DNA of 46,123 bases, taken from contig JAVVGL010000016.1 of assembly GCA_032249135.1 (NCBI GenBank), forward strand, positions 1 to 46,123, read 5' to 3'. The stretch comes from Candidatus Calescibacterium sp. GTDB taxonomy: Bacteria > Calescibacteriota > Calescibacteriia > Calescibacteriales > Calescibacteriaceae. Below are positions 10,464-19,895 of the stretch, in pieces. The position numbers were made by a program, and so were the translations under genes. The notes below the pieces were generated by a model. It worked only from the letters and a program-made list of their open reading frames with translations, did no database searches and had not been told where the DNA came from. Positions within the stretch are counted from its first letter, which is position 1; each line of letters opens with the position of its first letter.

Positions 10464-10982
10464 ATGGAAAGAATAACAGAACCAGAAGTATTACTATTTT
10501 CTCTTTTCAGCGGAGCAGCAGTGTTATTCTCTCTTTTAGCAATTACAAGGAGACAGCCTATCTTTGGGGTTCTCTATCTTTTTGTTGTCGGATTATCTGT
10601 TGCAGGTCTATTTGCACTAAAAAAAGCATTTTTCCTTGGGCTAATACAAATAATCGTGTATGTCGGAGCTGTTCTTGTTCTATTTGTGTTCGTTATTGCG
10701 ATGATGAACTTAAAAATAGAAGAATTAAGATTCGGTAGATTTGCAAGATGGAGAATTTTTGTTGTTTTGCCAGCAACAGCTTTGTTTTTGATAATATTCT
10801 CTGTGATCTTTTCTGAAATGGCAATCTTGAAAGAGCAAAAATTCTTTTTCTTCCCGGCAAAATTAGTAGGAGAAAAACTTTATAAAGACCTCATATTCCA
10901 CTTTGAATATATATCGGTTTTCTTACTCATAGCAATAGTTGTAACAATAGCTATTGGAATGAGATTTAAAGAAAAAGAATAG
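10464..10982 (+). CDS. nuoJ: NADH-quinone oxidoreductase subunit J
   Basis: QIIVYVGAVLVLFVFVIAM motif, FEYISVFLL, five hydrophobic segments. Confidence 0.92.
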   Translation: MERITEPEVLLFSLFSGAAVLFSLLAITRRQPIFGVLYLFVVGLSVAGLFALKKAFFLGLIQIIVYVGAVLVLFVFVIAMMNLKIEELRFGRFARWRIFVVLPATALFLIIFSVIFSEMAILKEQKFFFFPAKLVGEKLYKDLIFHFEYISVFLLIAIVVTIAIGMRFKEKE

Positions 10983-11014
10983 AAAGGAAAATAAAGGAAA
11001 TGGGAGGTGAATTT

Positions 11015-11314
11015 ATGATAGGACCGAGCGAATATATATTGGTTGGATTAATTTTGTTCATAATAGGAATTTCAGGAGTTATTCTGAGAAGAAACATAAT
11101 TTTTATTCTTATATCGCTTGAAGTAGCTGTAAATGGAATATTCCTTGTGTTCTTCGGTGCGGGATTAAAATGGGGAGCTATATCACATGCTATAATACTC
11201 ATACTTATAGCAATAGCAGCAGTTGAAGCCGCTGTTGGACTCGCACTCGCAATAGCTGTTTTCAGAACCGTAAAAAATGTTAATTCAGATGAACTCTCAA
11301 AACTCAAAAGATAA
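11015..11314 (+). CDS. nuoK: NADH-quinone oxidoreductase subunit K
   Basis: RRNIIFILISLE, AAVEAAVGLAL; start 11015 is preceded by SD GGAGGTGA. Confidence 0.93.
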   Translation: MIGPSEYILVGLILFIIGISGVILRRNIIFILISLEVAVNGIFLVFFGAGLKWGAISHAIILILIAIAAVEAAVGLALAIAVFRTVKNVNSDELSKLKR

Positions 11315-11437
11315 AAGAAATGAGAAAGAAAAATAAAAAAAGAAAAGAAAAAGAAAAAATATGAAACAAGGTAAAAGGAAAAAAGATAAAATGAGAATAC
11401 AAAAAATGAAAAAAAGAAAAAAGGAGGGAAGAGAAAA
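11315..11437 (+). repeat. Low-complexity polypurine (A-rich) spacer between nuoK and nuoL
   Basis: 123 nt almost entirely A/G (aaagaaaagaaaaagaaaaaat...), ending in SD AAGGAGG. Confidence 0.7.
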
Positions 11438-13249
11438 ATGGAACTTGTAATAATAATTTCACCACTCGTTGGAGCAATCATAAATCTACTTTTGTTAGGA
11501 TATGAAAAAGTTAAAAGAGCTGAATCGGACCACTTGAACCTCCTCAAAGCAATATCTGGTACAGTAGCTTGTTCTTCAATTCTTCTCTCATTCGCTGTAT
11601 CTTTGATGATATTTGGACAAGAAAGCAAAAAATTAGATCTTCTTTTGTGGATACCCCTTGAAGGTTATGAAATAAAATTTTCAGCAATATTTGATGAACT
11701 TTCAAAAACAGCACTTTTATATGTCACAGGTGTTTCATCCCTGATACATATATATTCAGTGGGATACATGGCACACGATAGAGGCTTCATAAGGTACTTT
11801 ATGCTCCTTAATCTTTTTGTCTTCTTCATGATACAAATTGTTGTTGCAGGAAATCTCGTCCAGCTCTTTTTGGGATGGGAAGGAGTTGGACTTTGCTCAT
11901 ACCTTCTCATAGGTTTCTGGTATTCAGTTTATGAAAATGCAAGGGCAGGATTCAAAGCTTTCATAACAAATAGAATCGGAGACTTCGGTTTCATAGTCGG
12001 AATAGTTTTATTTTTGATATACACAGGTGGATTGAGCTTTGATAACAAAGTTCCACAAGATAAGGTTTTTGAAGTTGCTTTCTTCCTTTTTATGGGTGCG
12101 ATGGGAAAAAGCGCGCAAGGTCCTCTTTGGCTATGGCTACCAGACGCAATGAGAGGTCCCACACCTGTTTCTGCTCTCATACACGCAGCTACGATGGTAA
12201 CAGCAGGAATCTATATGGTTGTGAGAATTGGAAATGTATTTAGTTGGCAAGATCCATCTCAACTCGTATTCTGGGTTGGAATAATAACCTCAATAATTAT
12301 GGGATTTTTCGGTCTGTTTGAAAGAGATATAAAAAGAATATTGGCTTTTTCAACCTTATCTCAACTTGGACTTATGTTTTCAGGTGCAGCTGCTGTTCCA
12401 TATACCGGAATTTTCCATGTTTTTGAACACAGCTTCTTCAAGGCAGCTTTGTTTCTCATTTCAGGAATACTTATGCACGAATTTGATAACGAAACAGATA
12501 TATGGAAACTAAGAGAAAGAAAACCAGCTCAAAAAGGAATGATGCTATCTTACTTTGGATTTCTGATTTGCTCGCTCGCCATGAGCGGAGTTTTTCCTCT
12601 ATCAGGCTTTTGGTCAAAAGAATCTATAATAGCAGCAGTATCAGAAAAATATGGTACCACCGGTCAAATCCTGATGATCATCGCATCGTTCATAACACCT
12701 TTATATATGATGAGAGCTTTCTTTGTGGTATTTGGAGGTCAGAAAATAAAATTCTCTTTTTCACCAAAACACGAAGGCGGAGGATTGATGTTCTGGACGG
12801 TTTTCATACTTGTGATTTTAAGTATAGTAGGAGGAATTTTTAATGTAGGAGAATGGCTTGGGGAAAAATATGGATACTCCAAAGAACAACATCACGCAGG
12901 ACCAAGTCCAATATTAGTCCATATAATAGTGTTTTCAGCAATAACTTTGGCATATCTTATCTGGGGTAAAGGGAAGGAAATCGTAAAAGAAGAAGGGGCA
13001 GGAAAAATTATGTGGCGTAAATTTTATCTGAATGAGATAGAAGAAGGAACTTTTATAGGAAGTGCAATTGCTCTTATGAAAATATGCTACTCATTCATAG
13101 AAAGAATAATCATTGAAGGAACATACGCTCTTACTGCCGCTATATCTCGGGTCTTTGGATCTGCAATCTCACTATTCCATGGCGGGGAACCAGCAAGAAT
13201 AATCCTTCTACTTTTGGTAGGAATTGTGATTGCTTTGATTTTGGTCTGA
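11438..13249 (+). CDS. nuoL: NADH-quinone oxidoreductase subunit L
   Basis: HIYSVGYM, GWEGVGLCSYLLIGFW, NRIGD, GKSAQ.PL..WLPDAM.GPTPVSALIHAATMVTAG. Confidence 0.96.
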   Translation: MELVIIISPLVGAIINLLLLGYEKVKRAESDHLNLLKAISGTVACSSILLSFAVSLMIFGQESKKLDLLLWIPLEGYEIKFSAIFDELSKTALLYVTGVSSLIHIYSVGYMAHDRGFIRYFMLLNLFVFFMIQIVVAGNLVQLFLGWEGVGLCSYLLIGFWYSVYENARAGFKAFITNRIGDFGFIVGIVLFLIYTGGLSFDNKVPQDKVFEVAFFLFMGAMGKSAQGPLWLWLPDAMRGPTPVSALIHAATMVTAGIYMVVRIGNVFSWQDPSQLVFWVGIITSIIMGFFGLFERDIKRILAFSTLSQLGLMFSGAAAVPYTGIFHVFEHSFFKAALFLISGILMHEFDNETDIWKLRERKPAQKGMMLSYFGFLICSLAMSGVFPLSGFWSKESIIAAVSEKYGTTGQILMIIASFITPLYMMRAFFVVFGGQKIKFSFSPKHEGGGLMFWTVFILVILSIVGGIFNVGEWLGEKYGYSKEQHHAGPSPILVHIIVFSAITLAYLIWGKGKEIVKEEGAGKIMWRKFYLNEIEEGTFIGSAIALMKICYSFIERIIIEGTYALTAAISRVFGSAISLFHGGEPARIILLLLVGIVIALILV

Positions 13250-13313
13250 AACAAAAAAGAATTGAAGTAAAAGAAAAAAGAAGAAAGAGAAAAAAGAAGG
13301 AGGTCAAAAAGAT

Positions 13314-14771
13314 ATGGATGCAGTAAAAATTACAATTCTGATTCCGTTTTTAGGAGCTTTAGTTTCAGTATTTTTGAGGTCAATATGGGTTGGAGTTATT
13401 TTTTCCTTTCTGACTTTCGTTTCGTCTTTATTTATAGAAACTGGCTATCAAGGTGAGATAAATTTGGCAGAAAAATTAGGTCTAACTCTATCTTTACAAG
13501 TTGATGGGCTCAACATATTACTTATATGGCTTACAACCGGACTTACTTTTCTTGTATTTTTGTATGGCATAGTAGAAAAAAGAGAGAGAAAAGATGAATA
13601 TACATTTTTGTTCTTGCTGCTTGAAGCTTTACTTTTACCAGCATTCACAACAAAAAATCTCCTTGCATTTTACTTTTTCTTTGATGCAATTTTGATCCCG
13701 ATGTTCTTCATTATAGGAATATGGGGAACAGGAAACAAAGTTTATGCTGCTTATAAATTCGTTCTATTTACATTTTTTGGAAGCATATTTTTCCTCGTTT
13801 CTGTTGTGTTCTTAGCAAAAGAGTTTTATGCAACACAAGGGAAAATTTCATTTGAACTTGAAAATTTAATTTCAGTATCTCAAAACTTATCATTCAGTAC
13901 AAAAATTCTTTTATTTTTAGGTTTTTTTGTAGCCTTTGCTGTCAAAATGCCTCTTGTTCCAGTACATGTATGGCTACCCGATGCCCACACAGAAGCACCA
14001 ACTGGCGGAAGCGTAATTCTTGCTGGAATCTTGTTGAAACTCGGATCATACGCATTTTTGAGATTTGCAGTCCCAATTTTTCCTGATATTATAAAAGAAT
14101 ATTGGTTTCTGATTTCTTTGATAGGAGTTTTAGGAATAGTTTTCGGAGCTATATTGGCTCTATCTCAAGAAGATATGAAAAGACTTATAGCTTATTCATC
14201 TGTTTCACATATGGGATATGTAATGCTTGGGTCTGTTGCGATGGCACAAGGTAAAATAACATACGAAGGTCTTCAAGGAGCAATACTGCAAATGATAAAT
14301 CACGCAATAGCAACAGGAGGACTCTTTTTCGTAGTTGGAATGATATACGAAAGAACCCATACAAGAATGATAAAAGATTACAGTGGAATTGCAAAGAAAG
14401 TACCATTCCTAACATTTTTCTTTTTTACATTTGCTCTCTCATCCATAGGTTTCCCATCAACGGGTGGATTTGTTGGTGAATTACTTGTGATTATTGGAGC
14501 TATAAAGGCAAGTAAAATCATAGGAATAATAACAGCGTCAGGTGCAATTCTTTCGGCAGGATACATGCTTTACCTTGCCTTGAGAGTATTTTTCGGTCCC
14601 GAAAAACATTCAGAAAAGTTAAAACACATAGAAGATATAAACAAAGTAGAATTTTTTGTTCTGCTATGTCTTGCAATTTTTGTTTTTGCAATAGGAATTT
14701 ATCCAAAACCATTTATGGAAATAATAAGAGGGGGTATTGATTTCGTATGGAGCAAGTTACAAATACAATAG
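13314..14771 (+). CDS. nuoM: NADH-quinone oxidoreductase subunit M
   Basis: KMPLVPVHVWLPDAHTEAPTGGSVILAGILLKLG, KRLIAYSSVSHMG, GFVGE. Confidence 0.96.
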   Translation: MDAVKITILIPFLGALVSVFLRSIWVGVIFSFLTFVSSLFIETGYQGEINLAEKLGLTLSLQVDGLNILLIWLTTGLTFLVFLYGIVEKRERKDEYTFLFLLLEALLLPAFTTKNLLAFYFFFDAILIPMFFIIGIWGTGNKVYAAYKFVLFTFFGSIFFLVSVVFLAKEFYATQGKISFELENLISVSQNLSFSTKILLFLGFFVAFAVKMPLVPVHVWLPDAHTEAPTGGSVILAGILLKLGSYAFLRFAVPIFPDIIKEYWFLISLIGVLGIVFGAILALSQEDMKRLIAYSSVSHMGYVMLGSVAMAQGKITYEGLQGAILQMINHAIATGGLFFVVGMIYERTHTRMIKDYSGIAKKVPFLTFFFFTFALSSIGFPSTGGFVGELLVIIGAIKASKIIGIITASGAILSAGYMLYLALRVFFGPEKHSEKLKHIEDINKVEFFVLLCLAIFVFAIGIYPKPFMEIIRGGIDFVWSKLQIQ

Positions 14772-16150
14772 AATTAAAAAGTGTTTTAGAGGGTTGGGGA
14801 GTATTTATTTTCTGCTCTGCTATCTCAATTTTGGGACTTATAGCAGGCAGAGTTTTCAAAAATTACATCATATCTTGGATATCTGCCGGTGCATCTTTAT
14901 TTTCTCTCGTCATATATTCAATTTTCGGGAAGATAGTTCAAGATCCATTCGGTGTAATTATAACAGACAAAATTCTTTTCGCATCTTGCTTAATAGTATC
15001 TATACTTGGAATAGTCTCATTATTTGTTTCTTTTGGAGAACTTTCAGCAAAAGAGAAACTATATCCTGAATATTTCTTTTTCTTATCGTTAGCTTCAATA
15101 GGGGGAATAATTATGACAAGCTCAAAAGATTTTCTTACTCTTTTCATATCAAAAGAGATCTTGTCTTTTCCAATTTATGCTATGATTTATGCTTTGCGAG
15201 ATAGATTCGGAGTAGAATCTGCTTTCAAATACTTTGTATCAAGTGCTGTTTTTTCATTATTTTACCTTTTAGGGTTAGGTTTGATATTTTCATCATCTGG
15301 AAGTATAGCGATAGCAGAACCTCAGGGAATTTTAGGACTTTTAGGTCTATACCTTATTTTATTTGATTTATTTTTCAAAGCGGGAGCGGCTCCATTTCAC
15401 TTTTGGGTCCCTGATGTATATCAAGGAGCTCCATCATCAACGGTAGTTTTTGCAGGTTCAGTTGTAAAATTTTCTTCATTTTTAGCAATAATGAGAATAT
15501 TTGATTTGACGAAACAAATTCAAACTCCACTTCTTGAAATCGTAGTTATTCTTTCTGTAATAATAGGAATTTTCTCCGCTCTTGTGCAGAAAGAACTAAA
15601 AAGGCTTATTGCGTACTCATCTATATCCCACGCAGGTTTCATATCTTTAATTTTGTTCGGAATAGGAAATGAAGAATTCAAAAACTTTTTTATCTTTTAT
15701 CTCGCAACATACTCCATAGCATTTGCAGGGGCTTTCTCAATACTTTCTTTGTTCAAGAATACACTTGTAAATGTTGAAGACATTTCAGGTTTTTCAAGAG
15801 CACATAGATTTTTTGCCGCAATGCTTACCATATTTTTCATATCTTTTGCAGGATTGCCACCACTTGCAGGTTTCCAAGGAAAATATTTCGCCTTCATTAC
15901 AGCTTTATCGGCAGGAGAAATTTCAGTTGTATTAATATCAGCAGCAGCAAGTATAGCATCACTTTACTTTTATTTCTTACCTTTAACAAAAAGCTTTATT
16001 GAAGAACCAAAAACAAAATTAGGTTTTGAGTTTTCCATAAACCCAGCAGTAGGGTTGATAGTCCTACTTCTTTCCGCAATAACAATATATTTTGGAATAA
16101 GACCTTACGATTTCATTATATTGCTTGAAGGAATTCCTTTATCTTTTTAA
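14747..16150 (+). CDS. nuoN: NADH-quinone oxidoreductase subunit N
   Basis: ESAFKYF, FKAGAAPFHFWVPDVYQGAP, KRLIAYSSISHAG, GLPPLAGFQGK. Confidence 0.95.
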   Translation: MEQVTNTIELKSVLEGWGVFIFCSAISILGLIAGRVFKNYIISWISAGASLFSLVIYSIFGKIVQDPFGVIITDKILFASCLIVSILGIVSLFVSFGELSAKEKLYPEYFFFLSLASIGGIIMTSSKDFLTLFISKEILSFPIYAMIYALRDRFGVESAFKYFVSSAVFSLFYLLGLGLIFSSSGSIAIAEPQGILGLLGLYLILFDLFFKAGAAPFHFWVPDVYQGAPSSTVVFAGSVVKFSSFLAIMRIFDLTKQIQTPLLEIVVILSVIIGIFSALVQKELKRLIAYSSISHAGFISLILFGIGNEEFKNFFIFYLATYSIAFAGAFSILSLFKNTLVNVEDISGFSRAHRFFAAMLTIFFISFAGLPPLAGFQGKYFAFITALSAGEISVVLISAAASIASLYFYFLPLTKSFIEEPKTKLGFEFSINPAVGLIVLLLSAITIYFGIRPYDFIILLEGIPLSF

Positions 16151-16931
16151 AATCTTCTTGCAAAACCTCCATATATGCTGGATTTCTTATAACGAAAGCT
16201 GGATGGAAAGTTACAAAAACAGTAAAATCGCTTCTTGTATAAAAGTTTCCACGGAGTTCGGAGATTTTTTCATCTTTATCAAGAAGGACTTTCGCAGCGG
16301 GCGCACCAAGAGCAACAACAAGCTTCGGTCTGATAACATCTAACTCCTCAAAAAGATAATGAGAACAAGCCTCAATCTCCTTTTTGTCAGGAGTTCTATT
16401 TTGAGGCGGTCTGCATCTGACAACATTAGTTATAAAAACATCTTCTCTCTTCAATCCTAAAATATCTTCTATTAACTTATTCAAGAGCTTCCCAGATTTT
16501 CCAACAAAAGGTTTCCCTCTTTTATCTTCATCATATCCGGGAGCTTCTCCTACAAAAACAACATAAGTGTTTGGATTACCATCTCCCGGAACAGCATTAG
16601 TCCTTCCTTTGTACAATTCACAGTCTTTACAGTGTTTTATTCTTTCCGCTATCTCCTTTATTATTTTTGATTTTTCTTGATAAATTGCAGTATAAGGTTC
16701 GGGTAATTTTGAACATTCCCGGATTATAGTTTCAAAAATAGATACCTGCTGTTTTTTTTCACTGCTAATACTCTTTTTTTGTTCAGAATCTGTGAGTTTT
16801 CCAGAATTAGATTGATCATTATCTTTTTTTTCCTCTACTACAAAACAAACATCACCTATACATTCATCAATAAAGTTGAAAAAATCTTCCAAATCAGAAA
16901 AAACATCGGAAATTTTCTTTTCATGTGACAT
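16116..16931 (-). CDS. Family-4 (Fe-S) uracil-DNA glycosylase
   Basis: CKDC, VGEAPG, PFVGKSG, NVVRCRPPQNR, C in EACS, TFHPA; about 90-aa N-terminal extension. Confidence 0.93.
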   Translation of the reverse strand: MSHEKKISDVFSDLEDFFNFIDECIGDVCFVVEEKKDNDQSNSGKLTDSEQKKSISSEKKQQVSIFETIIRECSKLPEPYTAIYQEKSKIIKEIAERIKHCKDCELYKGRTNAVPGDGNPNTYVVFVGEAPGYDEDKRGKPFVGKSGKLLNKLIEDILGLKREDVFITNVVRCRPPQNRTPDKKEIEACSHYLFEELDVIRPKLVVALGAPAAKVLLDKDEKISELRGNFYTRSDFTVFVTFHPAFVIRNPAYMEVLQEDFKKIKEFLQAI

Positions 16932-17037
16932 AATAATAAAAAAAATAAAAAAAATAAAAAAAGAAGAAACAAATTAAATTATAGCACTTTTCTTGATTTT
17001 TTGTTTATTTAAACTTCCACTTTATTATTTTGGGAAA

Positions 17038-18525
17038 ATGTTGATTTTGAATAGAATAAAAAATTTTATCCCTTTTGTTTTTCTTTTCTTATTTTCAAGT
17101 ATCGGAGGCATTTTAGTTTATAAAACTATAGAAATTTTCGGACCTATGTTTACCACCGATAGTATTATCTATCTTCAGGCTGCTGAAAATTTCAAAAATG
17201 GCTACGGGGTTTCCACCAGAGATGCGGATGGATTTAAAATCTTGACTCATTTCCCTCCGTTGTATCCTGTGATTTTGAGTTTTTTCTTTGATAATTTCAA
17301 GTTGCTAAATTCAATATTAGCTTTCATCACATCATTTGTTTTTGGATTTATTGTTTTTGATGCTACCGGATCTATTATAACATCAATTTTATCCATAATC
17401 TTTTTCTCTCTTTCGCCTACTTACATTTATATATTCTCACATCTTTTGAGTGAAACTTTATCTTTACCTTTCATTTTATTAACTTGTTTTCTGATAAAAA
17501 GATATTTAGATCATCAATCCACTTGGTTATTGATTCTCTTCTCTGTTCTCATTAGCGTTTCAACTCTTATCAGATACGCAAATTTATTTTTTATTTTATT
17601 CATAGCATTAATATTCTTTCTTTATCGCACCAAATTATCGCAATTTATAACGGCGATATTCATTTCAATATCTGGATTTGTTTTTTTGTTATTAAGAGCT
17701 TATTTTTCGCCAAATGCGTCGCTACCAAGAAGTTTTAACTTCCATTTACTATCAGAAGGTCACCTTTTTGATCTAATTAAAACGATGCGCGATTATATTT
17801 TGCCCGAACAATCGGCATATTGGCATCCCATACTTATACCAATAACAATCGTTGGATTATCTTTAGGGATTGCTTTACTAATCTTTTCAAAAAGAAAAAT
17901 CAAGTTTATGCTTTCAAGTTGGGAAAAGATTTTAATATCTGGCAGCGTATCATATTTACTCTTTATCTTTATAAGCATTTCCACTATGGATTTTTCTACT
18001 CCCTTAGACAAGAGGATACTTTCTCCGTTCTTTGTTTTCATCCTCGCCTTTCTCTTTATATTCCTTTACAAAACTTCACAATCTAAGTTAGGTGGCCTTA
18101 TTATATATTTCACTATACTTTTGGCATATTTACCATACACGAAAGATTTTGTTGAAATTTCAAGAAAAGGCCTTCAATGGAAACTCAACTATCCTTCTCT
18201 TTCAAACCTTCATAATAGAAGAAATAAGAAAATTACCTCAAGATGCTTATATATACTCTAACGCACCTGACCTTATATATTTCATACGAAAAGATTTAGC
18301 TCCAAAATTCCTGCGAAGTATCTTGACGGTAGGAATATCTCTCCAAATTTTCAAGATAAATTAAAGGAAATGGCTAATAAATTAAAAGAAAAAGATGGCT
18401 TTTTGGTTTTAATATACCCATATTCCCGTCCTTATTTACCAGCCGAATAAGAATTAAACTCCTTACTTGATTTGCAAGTTTATAAAAGAACACAAGACGG
18501 AGTTATCTACAAAGTAAGACCATAA
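17038..18525 (+). pseudogene. Disrupted polytopic GT-C (ArnT/PMT-like) membrane glycosyltransferase-like gene
   Basis: DS..Y...A and HFPPLYP motifs, SETL, RYA and many TM helices. Coding continues in frame 2 (IIEEIRKLPQDAYIYSNAPDLIYF), then back in frame 1 (KYLDGRNISPNFQDKLKE...YLPAE*ELNSLLDLQVYKRTQDGVIYKVRP*), with an internal TAA at 18448-18450. Confidence 0.65.
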
Positions 18526-18598
18526 TTTTGCATAACCAGATGGTCTTCCCGAAAGCAAAATTTATGAATTTTTCAAAATACTATAATTAGAAGATTAA

Positions 18599-19588
18599 AT
18601 GGTAAGTATGGAATACAGAGAGTTTGTAGGACTTGATAGAAAGGTATCTGTAATAGGTTTTGGAGTGTGGACCGTTGCATCTGATTGGTGGGGTGTAAAA
18701 GATGATGAATTGAGAAAAAGACTACTCATAAAAGCAGCAGATGAAGGAATAAACTTTTTTGACACAGCAGATGTATATGGAGATGGCTACGGAGAGGAAA
18801 TTTTGAAGAAAGTCTTTGGCAAAAGACTTCAAGATTTTGTTATAGCAACAAAAGTAGGATACAATTTTTACGACTATAAAAGAGATGGACACAGGGAACA
18901 TCCCCAAGATTTTTCTGAAAATTATATAAGAAAAGCTCTGGAAAACTCATTAAGAAGGCTCGGAGTAGAAACAATAGACCTTTACCAACTGCACAACCCA
19001 AAACTCCACCACATAAAAGATGAAGTTATTGAACTACTTGAAAAGTTGAAAGAGGAAGGAAAAATAAGAGCATACGGTGGCGCATTAGGACCAGACATAG
19101 GATGGGTAAAAGAAGGTAAAACCCTTATTGAAAAAGGAGTTCTTAACATCCAAATAATTTATAGCATACTTGAACAAGAACCTGCAAACACTTTCTTTGA
19201 AATCGGAAGAGAAAAGGGAGCAAAATTTATTGTAAGAGTTCCTCATGCGAGCGGATTACTTGATGGATCAGCTGATGCAAACACAACTTTCTCCCCAGGT
19301 GATCACAGAAGTTTCAGAAAAAAAGATTGGATGGAAAGAGCATGGTCTGTGGTAAAAGATTTAAACCTTACGGAAAAAGTAAAAGGAATGACGATAGGAC
19401 AGATAGCAATTGCTTTCTGCCTTTCTGAACCATCTGTTACGACTGTTCTCCCAAACTTTACAAAAGAAGAAGAAATAACAGAATGGACAAAAGCAGCAGA
19501 CAAAAAACTAAGCGATGATATAATAAAAGAAGCAAAGAAAATATACTACGAAAGACTCCATCCATATGTAGTGATGAGAGAGAGTTAA
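18599..19588 (+). CDS. Aldo/keto reductase
   Basis: VSVIGFG.W, FFDTADVYG, IATKVG, SLRRLGVETIDLYQLHN, PHASGLL. Confidence 0.93.
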   Translation: MVSMEYREFVGLDRKVSVIGFGVWTVASDWWGVKDDELRKRLLIKAADEGINFFDTADVYGDGYGEEILKKVFGKRLQDFVIATKVGYNFYDYKRDGHREHPQDFSENYIRKALENSLRRLGVETIDLYQLHNPKLHHIKDEVIELLEKLKEEGKIRAYGGALGPDIGWVKEGKTLIEKGVLNIQIIYSILEQEPANTFFEIGREKGAKFIVRVPHASGLLDGSADANTTFSPGDHRSFRKKDWMERAWSVVKDLNLTEKVKGMTIGQIAIAFCLSEPSVTTVLPNFTKEEEITEWTKAADKKLSDDIIKEAKKIYYERLHPYVVMRES

Positions 19589-19694
19589 ATTATAAGGACC
19601 ATCTCTTGGGAGCCATCATAGTCAAAATACCCGACATAGAATAATACAATACCCTAAAAATATAATTATTTTTTTGATGATGTGTTGTTCTTGT

Positions 19695-19728
19695 CATAAT
19701 TTGGAGAAAGCCATAATTTGGAGAAAGC
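19695..19728. repeat. Perfect 17-bp tandem duplication (CATAATTTGGAGAAAGC x2)
   Basis: 19695-19711 is identical to 19712-19728; intergenic, upstream of rgy. Confidence 0.9.
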
Positions 19729-19895
19729 AATTTCTTCTCCCCTGAATAAAATAAATTTCCGATTTTTAGAGCAACTTTTTTGGAAAAAATTTTAAAATAA
19801 AATGAATAAGCAAGATTATAGCAAATTTAGTTGCAAATATACACAAATAAAAATATGCATAATGGGAATATATATATTTATGTGTAAAAACTAGC

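Noticed and set aside
10966-11628. 220-aa Phe-rich antisense ORF, and short Lys-rich uORFs in the nuoK-nuoL spacer
   Set aside because: By-products of the polypurine spacer and the antisense strand of nuoK/nuoL
18448-18450. Stop-codon recoding or alternative genetic code
   Set aside because: The stop is TAA and is accompanied by frameshifts; TGA, TAA and TAG all terminate conserved genes normally (valS TGA, nuoJ TAG, fusA TAA)
19840-19886. Imperfect inverted repeat TACACA...TGTGTA before rgy
   Set aside because: Arms are short and AT-rich; not distinguishable from chance
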